Shown here piece by piece: positions 1 through 9,425 of a DNA stretch of 64,000 nt. Origin of the DNA: an uncultured Actinomycetota bacterium (GTDB taxonomy: Bacteria; Actinomycetota; Actinomycetes; Actinomycetales; Dermatophilaceae); contig CAVXRG010000011.1 in assembly GCA_963764195.1 (NCBI GenBank), positions 47,353 through 111,352 of the forward strand, read 5' to 3'. The position numbers and the translations under genes were made by a program. The notes below the pieces were generated by a model. That model made no database searches. It was not told the origin of the DNA and worked only from the letters and a program-made list of their open reading frames with translations. Each line of letters opens with the position of its first letter. Position 1 is the first letter of the stretch.

Positions 1-3000
1 CTTGACCTGGCCGATCCGGTGCGCGCGGTCGATGGCCTGCGCTTCGACGGCAGGGTTCCACCACGGGTCGAGCACGAACACGTAGTCCGCCTCGGTGAGC
101 GTGAGGCCCGATCCACCGGCCTTCAGGCTGATGACGAAGACCGGCGCATCGCCCTCGACGAAGGACGCGATCCGCTGGGGCCGGTCGCGGGTGCGACCGT
201 CGAGGTAGACGTGGTCCAGACCCTCCTCGCGAAGGCGTCTGCGCACGATGCCGAGGAAGCCGGTGAACTGGCTGAACACGAGGCACCGGTGCCCCTCCGC
301 CGCCACCTCGACCAGCTGCTCGATCAACGCCTCGACCTTGCTCGACGGCACGCTGGCCGGGGCGTCCGGCTCGACGAGGTGCACGTCGAGACTGAGCTGG
401 CGCAGCTTCGTCAGCGCACTGAGGATGGCGATGCGGTTGCGGTCGACGTCACCGAGCAGGCCGAGGATGCGTTGCCGTTCGCGAGCGAGGTGCCGGTCAT
501 AGATGCGCCGGTGCCGCGGGTCGAGCTCCACCCGCATCACCTGCTCGACCTTGGGCGGCAGGTCAGGGGCCACCGACTCCTTCGTCCGGCGCAGCATGAG
601 CGGCCGGATGCGCCGGCGCAACGTGTCGAGCAGCTCGGGGGACGTGCCCGACTCGATCGGCCGCCGGTAGAGCGCGGTGAACGCCTGCGGCGAGGGGAAG
701 AGACCCGGGGCCACGATCGACAGCAGTGCCCACAGGTCCATCAAGGAGTTCTCGAGGGGGGTGCCGGTGATGGCCAGCTTGAAGGGCGCCGGGAGCCGGC
801 GGGCAGCGGCATACGTCCGGGCTTGGTGGTTCTTGACGAACTGTGCCTCGTCGAGCACGAGCCCACCCCACGGACACGCGCGGAAGGCCACATCGTCGAT
901 GCGGAAGATGGCATACGACGTGACGACGACGTGCGCCCCTTCGATCGCCTCCGCGAGCCGCGTGCCCCTTCGTCGTTGCGTCTCGGTCAGGGTGGTGACC
1001 ACCAGCTCCGGCGTGAACCGTGCGGCCTCGCGCAACCAGACGGAGACGACGCTCGTCGGTGCCACGACGAGCAGCGGCGCCTCGGGCGTCAGGGTGCCCG
1101 CCGACCGGGCCCGTTCGGCCATGGCCAGGGCCTGCAGCGTCTTGCCCAACCCCATGTCGTCGGCGAGGATGCCGCCGAGCTGGTGGTCCCAGAGCAGCGA
1201 CAGCCACTGGAAGCCCGCGAGCTGGTATGGACGCAGGTCGGCCGCGAGCCCCGCCGGGGGATCGGGTCGGGGAACTTCCCCGAGACCGAGCAGGGGCTGG
1301 ACCGACCGCGACCACTGCTCTCCCTGGTGCGCGACGACGCCGAGCTCGACGAGCTCGGCCCACAGGCCAGCCTGGAACCGGTTGATCCGCAGCCCGTCCG
1401 TCGGCCGGTCCTGCAACGTCCGAGCCTCGTCGACGATCCGGCGCAGCGTGTGCAACGTCGGGACGTCCAGCGAGAACCACGTGCCATCGTCGAGGATGAG
1501 GTGCGTCTCGTCCGCGGCGAGCGCCTGGAGCAGACGAGCCAGCGGGACCGGCCTGCCGTCGACGCTGACGTCGATGCCCAGGTCGAACCAGTCGAGCTGC
1601 GGCCCGTCGCCGTGGCCATCGGCGTGGTCGTCCACCCGGCCGGTGCCGGTCGGGTCGCCGTCCGTGACCAGGTCTGCCGGGTCACCAGGGTCACCCGGGT
1701 CAAACGCCGACACGGCGACCACCGGTGTCGCGGTGCTCTCGACGTAGGTGAGGAGTTCACCGACGACGGTCACCTCGACGTCGTCGCGTGCCTCGAGCAC
1801 GGGCAGGACGTCGCGGACGAAGACGACCGTGTCCATCCCGGCCAGCTCGGGCTCGAGCACGAGTCCGAGCCGGCCCAGCCCCGGCTTCGGGACGCGCAGA
1901 CCGGCGACAGCGTCCAGGTCGTCGAGTGCGACGATGCCCGCGAGCAGCGCCTCCTCGGCGTCCCGGTCACGTGGCACGGGGTCCGCGGGGTCGCCGGTCG
2001 CGGAGCGGCGCGCCAGCAGCGGCACGTCGACGGCGCCGTCTCCCACGCCGTAGCGGAAGGACCAGCGCAGCCCGAGGCGGTGGTCCCCGCGAGCGACCAC
2101 GCGCAGCGCCAGCGTGGGTGGCCGCACCTCGGGCAGCTCCACGCTGTCGTCCCGGGACCCGACGCTCGCCAGCCGCCTCAGCGTCGGGACGTAGAAGGTG
2201 AGGAACCGGTCGACGTCCGGGGCCGGCACGGTGATCTCGCCGTGCCGTCGGACAAGGTCGGCCAGCGCCGGCTCGAGGGGGCTCTCGAAGCGGGCGAGGG
2301 TGAGCCCGGCCCCGGTCTGCACGAAGACACCGTGCGGGGGCGACCCGATGAACTGGGGCGGCCCGTCGGTGGCGGGCACCGCGACGGCGGCGACGACGAG
2401 CAGCTCACCCCCCGGGGCGCGCGACAGGTCGAGGGCCGCACTCACCGGCTCTGTCGCCACGTGCACCGGCAGGTGTCCACGCTGACCCGCGACGATGGAC
2501 ACCCCGGCCGCCAGGGCGTCGTCGAGGAGCCGCCAGAGCGCGGGTCCGAGCCCGCCTGCGTCCAGGGTCTGGCCGGAGTAGGACGAGTAGTAGGAGGTGG
2601 AGTGGGCTCGCTCGGCCAGATGGAGGGCCTTGATCGCCGCCCGCTGGGCCGGGTCGGCCCGACGGGCCCGCGCGCCGTAGTCAAGGTCCTGCCAGCCGAT
2701 CCCGGTGCGCACCCAGTTGTCGTTCGCTCCCCGCGCGACCGGCCGCAGCCTGAGGCTCGGCGACGCCACCGGCCCGCCGACGCGTTGGCTGGGGCGACTC
2801 ACCTCGACCAGCAGGCCCAAGGCGTCGGCCGGGTTTGCCGTGTGGGCCCCCGTGGTCGGCGCCCGAAGGATGGGGTCGAGCAGCGCCTGCCACGCCGCTC
2901 CGGGCCCGGCGGCCCCCGCTGCCCGTGCTGTCTGCCGTGTCGCGGGCGTTGCCTCGGTCAGTGCCAGGACCGTGGCCACCACGTGCTTGCAGTCGCCGCC

Positions 3001-3303
3001 CATGGGGCACGTGCAGCTGCTCGACCACTCGAGCGCGCCCGGCTCGAGCGCGGCCAGCGCGTCCGGGGTCTCCTCTTCGGGCCAGTCGAGAGCGATGACC
3101 GAGGTGTAGGGCCGGCCTCGGCTCCCTGCCACGGTGGCCGTGACCATCGTGCCCTGCTCGCCGACGGCATAGCGCAGCACCCGACCCTGCCGGTGGTAGG
3201 CCTTCCCCCGGTCGACGGTGGCTCTGCCGAGCTCGAGGCGGAGGCGGTCGACGTCGAGGAGCCGGACCCACGCAGGCGGAGTCGGATGTGTTGCCGCCGT
3301 CAT
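1..3303 (-). CDS. SNF2-family helicase with N-terminal SWIM zinc finger (HelZ-like); the C-terminal end runs off the window
   Basis: Own translation of the minus strand in the frame whose last codon is nt 3-1. ATG at 3303-3301 gives MTAATHPTPPAWVRLL...EWSSSCTCPMGGDCKHVVATVLAL (SWIM CxC..CxH). Around nt 1240-1090: LRPYQLAGFQWLSLLWDHQLGGILADDMGLGKT (SNF2 motif I). Nt 129-1: SLKAGGSGLTLTEADYVFVLDPWWNPAVEAQAIDRAHRIGQVK (motifs V-VI). Absent from the ORF track because no stop codon lies inside the window. Confidence 0.85.
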   Translation of the reverse strand, partial: MTAATHPTPPAWVRLLDVDRLRLELGRATVDRGKAYHRQGRVLRYAVGEQGTMVTATVAGSRGRPYTSVIALDWPEEETPDALAALEPGALEWSSSCTCPMGGDCKHVVATVLALTEATPATRQTARAAGAAGPGAAWQALLDPILRAPTTGAHTANPADALGLLVEVSRPSQRVGGPVASPSLRLRPVARGANDNWVRTGIGWQDLDYGARARRADPAQRAAIKALHLAERAHSTSYYSSYSGQTLDAGGLGPALWRLLDDALAAGVSIVAGQRGHLPVHVATEPVSAALDLSRAPGGELLVVAAVAVPATDGPPQFIGSPPHGVFVQTGAGLTLARFESPLEPALADLVRRHGEITVPAPDVDRFLTFYVPTLRRLASVGSRDDSVELPEVRPPTLALRVVARGDHRLGLRWSFRYGVGDGAVDVPLLARRSATGDPADPVPRDRDAEEALLAGIVALDDLDAVAGLRVPKPGLGRLGLVLEPELAGMDTVVFVRDVLPVLEARDDVEVTVVGELLTYVESTATPVVAVSAFDPGDPGDPADLVTDGDPTGTGRVDDHADGHGDGPQLDWFDLGIDVSVDGRPVPLARLLQALAADETHLILDDGTWFSLDVPTLHTLRRIVDEARTLQDRPTDGLRINRFQAGLWAELVELGVVAHQGEQWSRSVQPLLGLGEVPRPDPPAGLAADLRPYQLAGFQWLSLLWDHQLGGILADDMGLGKTLQALAMAERARSAGTLTPEAPLLVVAPTSVVSVWLREAARFTPELVVTTLTETQRRRGTRLAEAIEGAHVVVTSYAIFRIDDVAFRACPWGGLVLDEAQFVKNHQARTYAAARRLPAPFKLAITGTPLENSLMDLWALLSIVAPGLFPSPQAFTALYRRPIESGTSPELLDTLRRRIRPLMLRRTKESVAPDLPPKVEQVMRVELDPRHRRIYDRHLARERQRILGLLGDVDRNRIAILSALTKLRQLSLDVHLVEPDAPASVPSSKVEALIEQLVEVAAEGHRCLVFSQFTGFLGIVRRRLREEGLDHVYLDGRTRDRPQRIASFVEGDAPVFVISLKAGGSGLTLTEADYVFVLDPWWNPAVEAQAIDRAHRIGQVK

Positions 3304-3322
3304 CGCGGGCCAGCGTCATCGG

Positions 3323-3358
3323 TCCCGTGTCCCATCGGCGCGAGCCTACGACACGGGA
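3323..3358 (-). terminator. Stem-loop between the ERCC4-like gene stop and the helicase start (9-bp stem, 18-nt loop)
   Basis: TCCCGTGTC (3323-3331) pairs with GACACGGGA (3350-3358). It lies 4 nt downstream of the stop at 3362-3364. There is no U-tract, which is common in actinobacteria. Confidence 0.3.
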
Positions 3359-3361
3359 TCG

Positions 3362-4381
3362 TCAGTCGACCCCGTCACTCCCGTGACTGCTCTCGAAGGC
3401 TGACCAGATCTCGGGCTTGAGTCGACCGCGATCGCTCACCGTCAACCCCTCGGCGAGTGCCCATGCGCGCACGGTGGCCGTGCTCGGCGGTGCGGGCGGC
3501 ACCGGGCCGGCGGCAGCAAACGTGGCGATCCGTGCGTCCGCGTCGTCGTGGGTGCCGACCTCGTGCAGCGCCGCGGCGAGGAACCGGTAGGTCCACTCCT
3601 GCGCCAGGGCCCGGGTCTCGGCGAAGACGATCGGCACGCTGGGATAGCGGGCCTGACACTCCGCGATGGCGTCGGCGACGACCGCCGGACGCACGTGGGT
3701 CAGGCCGAAGACGCGCGAGTAGCGCTCCTCCACGACGACGGCAGCCCGGGGGAGCGCGCTGAGCTCGCTCAACGCATACCGCAGCTTGCCGTTGAGCAGG
3801 GACGAGGCGAGGTCCTCGAGGCTCTTGCGCTCGACGGCGGCCACGACCGAGTCGCCCACCCGGACGGCGTAGTCGCCCGCATCGAGCCGCTGCTTCTGCG
3901 TCGTCACCTGCTGGTGGGTGAACCGCCACGCATAGCGCTCATGGGTGTCGACGAGGACCTCGAGGGGACCGTCCGGCGTGTCCTCCCCGGTCACGCCTGC
4001 GGCGCGGGCCGTGGGGATCCGCACCGACGGACGGGCCTGCTTCGCGGTGCGGGCGCTCTGCCAGAAGATCGCCTCCCGTCCCTTGACATGGGTGAGCACG
4101 AACTGCGACCGGCTCTCCTGCGTGCGGTCGAGCACGAGCTCGATCGCCGCCCCGCGCCGCGTGCAGACGCGCGTGGCCACCCGCTCGACCACGTCGGCCT
4201 CCTCCGGCCAGCCCTCCGCCCGGTGGCAGTAGACCTTGCTCGTCCGCGGCCAGGTGTCCTTGCTCTTGAGCACGATGCCGTCGTGCCCCAGCGGGATCCG
4301 CACGAGGTAGGGCAGGGTGCTCTCCGGGTCGGGGTTCTTGGCGATGAGGAAGTCGTCCGGCACGGGGCCATGCTGGCGCAT
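3362..4381 (-). CDS. ERCC4-type nuclease domain protein with unknown N-terminal domain and Lsr2-like C-terminal DNA-binding tail
   Basis: ORF 3362..4513. The start is trimmed to ATG at 4381 (MRQHGPVPDDFLIAKNPDP); the GTG at 4513 remains possible. GDYAVRVGDSVVAAVERKSLEDL matches the ERCC4/Mus81 GDx(n)ERKxxxD signature. The C-terminal TVRAWALAEGLTVSDRGRLKPEIWSAFE matches the Lsr2 C-terminal pattern (W-A-x-x-x-G-x-x-V-S-x-RGR-x-x-x-x-x-x-x-A-F/Y). Confidence 0.7.
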   Translation of the reverse strand: MRQHGPVPDDFLIAKNPDPESTLPYLVRIPLGHDGIVLKSKDTWPRTSKVYCHRAEGWPEEADVVERVATRVCTRRGAAIELVLDRTQESRSQFVLTHVKGREAIFWQSARTAKQARPSVRIPTARAAGVTGEDTPDGPLEVLVDTHERYAWRFTHQQVTTQKQRLDAGDYAVRVGDSVVAAVERKSLEDLASSLLNGKLRYALSELSALPRAAVVVEERYSRVFGLTHVRPAVVADAIAECQARYPSVPIVFAETRALAQEWTYRFLAAALHEVGTHDDADARIATFAAAGPVPPAPPSTATVRAWALAEGLTVSDRGRLKPEIWSAFESSHGSDGVD

Positions 4382-4601
4382 GGACCCCGCCCGTGTCTCG
4401 GCACCCGGGCGCGGGGCTCCGCCCACAAAATCCGGGTGGGGACGATGTGAGTCGTGCCACGAACTGCCGCAATCCTCATCGTCCTTCGTCGCACGGCCGT
4501 AGGCTTGAAGCACCGGGGTAGTCCATGAAGCGGACTAAGCCGTCCGCGTCGCCTCGGCGCAGGACAACACGGCTCACCGAGCCGAGACAGGTCGCTGGAG
4601 C

Positions 4602-6209
4602 ATGTCCTATGCCAGCATCCCACCCCCCGGACCCCGCACCCCGGATCCGCACCCGGCCCGACGTCACCTCGCCGCCCTCATCGTCGGGTGTCTGCTCATC
4701 CTGCCCGGCCTCGGCCTGCTCCTCGCCGGAGCGGGTCTCGCAGCCTCCTACGCCGTCGGCCGGGACGACGCAGGCTACGTGTCGCTCACCCTCCCGGCGC
4801 TCGCGAGCGACAGCCCGGCCATCACCGCCGGCGACGTCATCGTCCAGACTGGCTCCGAGGTGCCCTCCTGGGCGCTCAGCCGCCTCGACCTCGACCTGCG
4901 GCTCAGCGCCCGGTCGCTCACCTCCGGCGTGCCCGTCTTCATCGGCATCGCCCCGGTCAGCGACGTCAACGCCTACCTGTCCGGCGTTGCCCACGACAAG
5001 ATCGTCGGCATCAACGGCATCAACGGCTTCCGCAACAGCGCGACGGCCACCGCTGTCCTGGAGTCAGTTCCGGGCTCGGCCACCGTGACCGCGCCCACCT
5101 CGCAGACCTTCTGGACCACCTCGGCCACCGGCGCCGGCCAGCAGCAGCTGACCTGGCGGATGACCGAGGGCCGGTGGGCCGCCGTCATCATGAACGCCGA
5201 CGGGAGCAGCGGCGTCGCCGTCTCCTCCACCGTCGGGATGCGCGGAGGGTTCATCATGCCCCTCGCCGCCGCGCTCTTGCTCGTGGGTCTCGTCCTGACC
5301 GGGGTCGCCATCGCCCTCATCATCAGGGGTTCGAGTGTCACCGGGTCGAGCGGTAGCAACCGCCCGACCCCGGCGGGCACCCCGCCGCCGGTTCCCGCGG
5401 GCACGTCCCCGCAGCAGCAGCCCGTCTGGTCGGGTCACCCCCGGGCCATCAGTCCCGTCTCGCTCGATGCTCGCCTCGACCAGCCGCTCTCGCGGTGGCT
5501 CTGGCTCGTCAAGTGGTTCCTCGCGATCCCGCACGTCTTCGTCCTCGGGCTGTTGTGGATCGCGTTCTCCGTGGTCAGCATCGTCGCGTTCTTCGCGATC
5601 CTCTTCACCGGCCGCTACCCACGCGGGCTGTTCGACCTCAACCTCGGCGTGCTCCGTTGGTCGTGGCGCGTGTCCTACTACTGCAGCAACGGTGGCCTCG
5701 GCACCGACCGCTACCCGCCGTTCAGCCTCGGCCCGGAGCCGGACTACCCGGCGCGGCTCGACATCGCCTACCCCGAGCACCTCTCCCGCGGCCTCGTGCT
5801 CGTCAAGTGGTGGCTGCTCGCCATCCCGCACTACCTCATCGTCGGCCTGCTCGTCGGTGGCGGCACGTGGGCATGGAACCGTAGCGGCGGCAACGGCAGC
5901 GACATCCGTTTCGACGTGCTCGGCGGAGGGATCCTCGGGCTGCTGACGCTCGTCGCCGGCCTCTCGCTCCTGCTCGCCGACCGCTACCCGCGAGGTCTGT
6001 TCGACCTCGTCATCGGGCTCAACCGCTGGGTCTACCGCGTCATCGCGTATGCCGCGCTGATGACGGACACCTACCCGCCGTTCCAGCTCGACGAGGGTGG
6101 CGCGGAGGTCCCGCAAGGCCCGCCCGGACCGCAGGGTCCGCCGCAGACACCGCCGAGCCCCGACGCGCGCCTCGAGCAACCGGCCCGCCCGGCACAGCAC
6201 GTCGGCTGA
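4602..6209 (+). CDS. Membrane protein with extracytoplasmic N-terminal region, Pro-rich linker and two DUF4389-like repeats
   Basis: 535-aa ORF. Two copies of the W(L/W)L(V/A)IPH...F(F/L)...(T/A)(G/D)RYPRGLFDL motif (WLVKWFLAIPHVFVL..LFTGRYPRGLFDLNLGVLRW and LVKWWLLAIPHYLIV..LLADRYPRGLFDLVIGLNRW). Confidence 0.75.
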   Translation: MSYASIPPPGPRTPDPHPARRHLAALIVGCLLILPGLGLLLAGAGLAASYAVGRDDAGYVSLTLPALASDSPAITAGDVIVQTGSEVPSWALSRLDLDLRLSARSLTSGVPVFIGIAPVSDVNAYLSGVAHDKIVGINGINGFRNSATATAVLESVPGSATVTAPTSQTFWTTSATGAGQQQLTWRMTEGRWAAVIMNADGSSGVAVSSTVGMRGGFIMPLAAALLLVGLVLTGVAIALIIRGSSVTGSSGSNRPTPAGTPPPVPAGTSPQQQPVWSGHPRAISPVSLDARLDQPLSRWLWLVKWFLAIPHVFVLGLLWIAFSVVSIVAFFAILFTGRYPRGLFDLNLGVLRWSWRVSYYCSNGGLGTDRYPPFSLGPEPDYPARLDIAYPEHLSRGLVLVKWWLLAIPHYLIVGLLVGGGTWAWNRSGGNGSDIRFDVLGGGILGLLTLVAGLSLLLADRYPRGLFDLVIGLNRWVYRVIAYAALMTDTYPPFQLDEGGAEVPQGPPGPQGPPQTPPSPDARLEQPARPAQHVG

Positions 6210-6265
6210 CCCTCACGGGTCCAGCCACGAGCCGGCCCAGCAGGCCAACCAGGAGTCCCTCGCCG

Positions 6266-7201
6266 TCAGGCGGGGGACTTCGCCGTCGCGAGGTGCTCGT
6301 CGAGCCACCCGAGGATCTCGACCTCGACCTCGTCGCGGTTCGTCTCGTTGAGGATCTCGTGGCGCGCCTCCGGCCACAGCTTCACCGTCACGTCCTTGAC
6401 CCCGAGCCGGCGGAACTGGTCGGCGACCTGCTTGACGCCCTTGCCGTTCCCGCCGACCGGGTCCTTGTCGCCGGACGCGAGGTGGATCGGCAGATCCTTC
6501 GGCACCTGCGACACCACGCCGTCCTCGTTGACGTGCGACAGACCCCGCAGCAGGTCGGCGAAACCGCCTGCGCTGAAGACGAACCCGCAGTCCGGGTCGT
6601 TGATGTACTTGTCGACTTCCTCGGGATCCCTTGAGAGCCAGTCGAAGTCGGTGCGGGTCGGTTTGAAGGCGGAGTTGTACTGCCCAAAGCTGAGGGTGTT
6701 CATCAGGCCGCTCGTGTGTGCGTGTCCGCGCAGGCGCGCCTGCGTCGCGGCGAGAAAGACGCCGACCCGACCGATCGCCCCCGCGCCGCCAGCGGTCCCC
6801 GACAGCACGAGTCCGGCGAGCTCGGAGCCGTAGCGAGTGGCATACCCGCGGGAGATGAACGAGCCCATGCTGTGCCCGAGGAGGAAGACCGGCAGACCCG
6901 GCTGCTCCTCGCGCGCCTTGACCGTCACCGCGTGGAGGTCGTCGATGACCGTGCGCCAGCCGTCGTGCTCGCCGAAGACCCCGCGCGGGCTCGACGTCTT
7001 GCCGTGCCCCCGGTGGTCGGAGGCGTAGACGGCATACCCGTGGTCGGTCAGCCGACGCGCGAACCGCTCGTAGCGTGAGGAGTGCTCGGCCAGGCCGTGC
7101 GCGACCTGCACGATGGCGCGGGGCTCATCGTCGGGCAGCCAACGGTTGACGAAGACCTCGGTGCCGTCGGTGGTGGTCAGCGTGAAGGTGCTGCTCTGCA
7201 T
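6266..7201 (-). CDS. Alpha/beta hydrolase, lysophospholipase/monoacylglycerol-lipase-like
   Basis: ORF 6266..7327 trimmed to ATG at 7201 (MQSSTFTLTTTDG). HGLAEHSSRYERFARRLTDHGYAVYASDHRGHGKT and the nucleophile elbow GHSMGS are present. Confidence 0.8.
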   Translation of the reverse strand: MQSSTFTLTTTDGTEVFVNRWLPDDEPRAIVQVAHGLAEHSSRYERFARRLTDHGYAVYASDHRGHGKTSSPRGVFGEHDGWRTVIDDLHAVTVKAREEQPGLPVFLLGHSMGSFISRGYATRYGSELAGLVLSGTAGGAGAIGRVGVFLAATQARLRGHAHTSGLMNTLSFGQYNSAFKPTRTDFDWLSRDPEEVDKYINDPDCGFVFSAGGFADLLRGLSHVNEDGVVSQVPKDLPIHLASGDKDPVGGNGKGVKQVADQFRRLGVKDVTVKLWPEARHEILNETNRDEVEVEILGWLDEHLATAKSPA

Positions 7202-7283
7202 GATCGTCCTTGATCTCGGAGGGCCGTTCCCCGGACAGTATGCCGCCGGGCCGGCCCGCCCAGCCAACCCCGCGTCCGAGCAG

Positions 7284-8219
7284 TCAGCTGCTCTGGCGGG
7301 CGGCCTTCTTCGCCGCCATCTCCTCACGGCGCGCGACGAACCGCGACGCCTCGGTGTCGAGCGCGGTCACCGCGGCGACCAGCTCCTCACGTGCCTTCTC
7401 GCCGTCCTCGTCGAGACCCTCGAGCTCGTAGACCCCCCACTGGCGCAGCAGTGGAGCGACGATGTCGTCGTGGTGGATCCGCAGGTCGTAGATCCCGGCC
7501 ATCGCCATCTGCACCGCCTTGCGCCCGAAGCCGGGGATGATCGCGCCCGGCATCTGGAAGCTGACGACCTCGTCGGTGATCGCCCGCATCGTCTGGCTCG
7601 GGGTGATCTCGAGCGCCGCCTGGACGATGTTGCGGTAGAAGATCATGTGCAGGTTCTCGTCCTTGGCGACCCGCGTCAGCAGCTTCTCCGCGATCGGCTC
7701 CTCGGTGTAGCGGCCGGTGTTGCGGTGCGACACCCGCGTCGCGAGCTCCTGGAAGGAGACGTAGGCGCAGACGTTGAGCAGCGGCTTGTCGCCGGAGTCG
7801 TAGCCGGTCTCCATCGTCGACATCCGCGCCCGCTCGAGCTCGTCGGGGTCGACGCCGCGGGTGACGAGCAGGTAGTCGCGGATGCAGAACGCGTGCCGCC
7901 CCTCCTCGGCCGTCCACCGGTTGACCCACGTGCCCCACGCACTGTCGCGGCCGAACGCGCGCTCGACCTCGCGGTGGTAGCTCGGCAGGTTGTCCTCGGT
8001 GAGGAGGTTGACCTCGAGCGCGGTGCGGGCGATCGGGGACAGCTGCGACTGCTCGACCGTCCACGGCTCACCGCCGAGCTCGAAGAAGTCGCGGCCCTGG
8101 CTCCACGGTACGTACTCGTGCGGCATCCACTCCTGCGCGACCTCGAGGTGCCGGTTGAGGTTCGCCTCCACCGTCGGTTCGAGCTCGGCGAGCAGCTGGG
8201 CGGCATCGAGTGTGGCCAT
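7284..8219 (-). CDS. Acyl-ACP (stearoyl-ACP type) desaturase, DesA-like di-iron enzyme
   Basis: 311-aa ORF with EWMPHEYVPWSQGRDF, NLLTEDNLPSYH, WTAEEGRHA and DENLHMIFYRN. Confidence 0.85.
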   Translation of the reverse strand: MATLDAAQLLAELEPTVEANLNRHLEVAQEWMPHEYVPWSQGRDFFELGGEPWTVEQSQLSPIARTALEVNLLTEDNLPSYHREVERAFGRDSAWGTWVNRWTAEEGRHAFCIRDYLLVTRGVDPDELERARMSTMETGYDSGDKPLLNVCAYVSFQELATRVSHRNTGRYTEEPIAEKLLTRVAKDENLHMIFYRNIVQAALEITPSQTMRAITDEVVSFQMPGAIIPGFGRKAVQMAMAGIYDLRIHHDDIVAPLLRQWGVYELEGLDEDGEKAREELVAAVTALDTEASRFVARREEMAAKKAARQSS

Positions 8220-8353
8220 GGGTCCTCCTGGGTGGGGTCGCGAGCATCCGCGGTGGGTCTGAGCCCACCTCCCCTGCCTACACCCTTACCGACGGGGAGG
8301 CCAGAGGCGCGCGGGCACAGCGGGACGGTCCGTATGCCGGTCGGCCGGCCTCG

Positions 8354-8752
8354 TCACGCCGGCGCGCTCGCGGGGCCCTCCACGTTGACCGTCGGCGTGC
8401 CTGACCCGCACCGCACGATGACGGCGCGGGAGGGGTCGTCGCCGGGGTTCGACTCACGGTGCACCGCACCGGCCGGCACGCGCAGGAAGTCGCCCGGTCC
8501 GGCGTCGACGACGTCCCTGCCGTCCGGACCGGACTCGAGCCGCATCCGCCCCGAGACGATGTAGAGCGTCGTGTCGTGGTCGCCGTGGTGGTGCCAGCCC
8601 GAGACGGCTCCGCCCTCGGTGTCGACGGCCCCCGACCACATCGTCTCGGTCTGGAGCGCCACCTGCCGGGTCATCCCCGGCGTCGGGTCGGCGGGGGAGA
8701 GCTCGCCCGCGGCGACGCGGGTGCAGGACTGGGCGGGGTCGTGGTCGGTCAT
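8354..8752 (-). CDS. Cupin domain protein
   Basis: ORF 8354..9001 trimmed to ATG at 8752 (MTDHDPAQ). GWHHHGDHDTTLYIVSGRMRLE...GDFLRVPAGAVHRE is a cupin two-motif pattern. Confidence 0.7.
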   Translation of the reverse strand: MTDHDPAQSCTRVAAGELSPADPTPGMTRQVALQTETMWSGAVDTEGGAVSGWHHHGDHDTTLYIVSGRMRLESGPDGRDVVDAGPGDFLRVPAGAVHRESNPGDDPSRAVIVRCGSGTPTVNVEGPASAPA

Positions 8753-8759
8753 GTCCCCA

Positions 8760-9407
8760 TCACACCGCGTCGTCGCCCCGTGGGGAAGGGGTTGCGGCCA
8801 GCACCTCGGCCAGGGTCTGCTGGCTCCAGGCCCCGGAGACCCCCGGCCGCGCGGCGAGGTAGTCGCAGACCTGCTCGAGCCCCCAGCCGTGCGACTCGGT
8901 GAGCCCGGTCGCGATGGTCCGCAGGTAGGCCGCCACCGGCGGCGTGAGCTCGACCTCCCGGTGCGCCCACGAGGCGGTGAAGGTGACGAGCGGGACCCCA
9001 TCGATCTCGCCGACGACGTGGAGCGTCTCGTAGCGGCCCGGCCCGAGCACCGCCGTCCGGCTCTCCCGGAAGAGGTCGGCGAGGGGGAGGTTGCGCCCGA
9101 CCGGACGGCGCATCTCCTGGCTCGCCACGTCGGAGAACTGCTCGACGGTCAGGAGGTAGGCCCGGCCGGCGGCAGACCCTGGGGTCTCACGGTCGTAGAA
9201 GGCGATGCCGCCACCCCACGTCGGCGACTCCCACGCGAAGTAGACCTGGCCGTCGAGGGTCACCGGCACGTCACCGAGCGGCTCCCGGGGGTCGCGCGCT
9301 CCGGCATACGTCCGGCTGGCCCCGGGAGGACGGCCGCCCGAGAGGTAGTGAAGGAAGCGCGAGCGGGACAGGTTCGAGCCGTACGCGGCATACCAGACGT
9401 GCTCCAT
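8760..9407 (-). CDS. Hypothetical protein, possibly gamma-glutamylcyclotransferase/AIG2-like
   Basis: 215-aa ORF with normal composition. The N-terminal WYAAYGSNL resembles the GGCT-like fold start. The assignment is weak. Confidence 0.5.
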   Translation of the reverse strand: MEHVWYAAYGSNLSRSRFLHYLSGGRPPGASRTYAGARDPREPLGDVPVTLDGQVYFAWESPTWGGGIAFYDRETPGSAAGRAYLLTVEQFSDVASQEMRRPVGRNLPLADLFRESRTAVLGPGRYETLHVVGEIDGVPLVTFTASWAHREVELTPPVAAYLRTIATGLTESHGWGLEQVCDYLAARPGVSGAWSQQTLAEVLAATPSPRGDDAV

Positions 9408-9425
9408 CGAGGCCGGGCGCTCCCG

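Noticed and set aside
19-3420. 1133-aa plus-strand ORF, the longest ORF at the left edge
   Set aside because: Arg/Pro/Gly/Asp-rich nonsense composition with no motifs. It is the antisense shadow of the real SWIM-SNF2 helicase gene, whose conserved motifs read perfectly on the minus strand. The same applies to the minus-strand ORFs 563..1480, 1089..1760 and 2681..3319, which are in the wrong frames.
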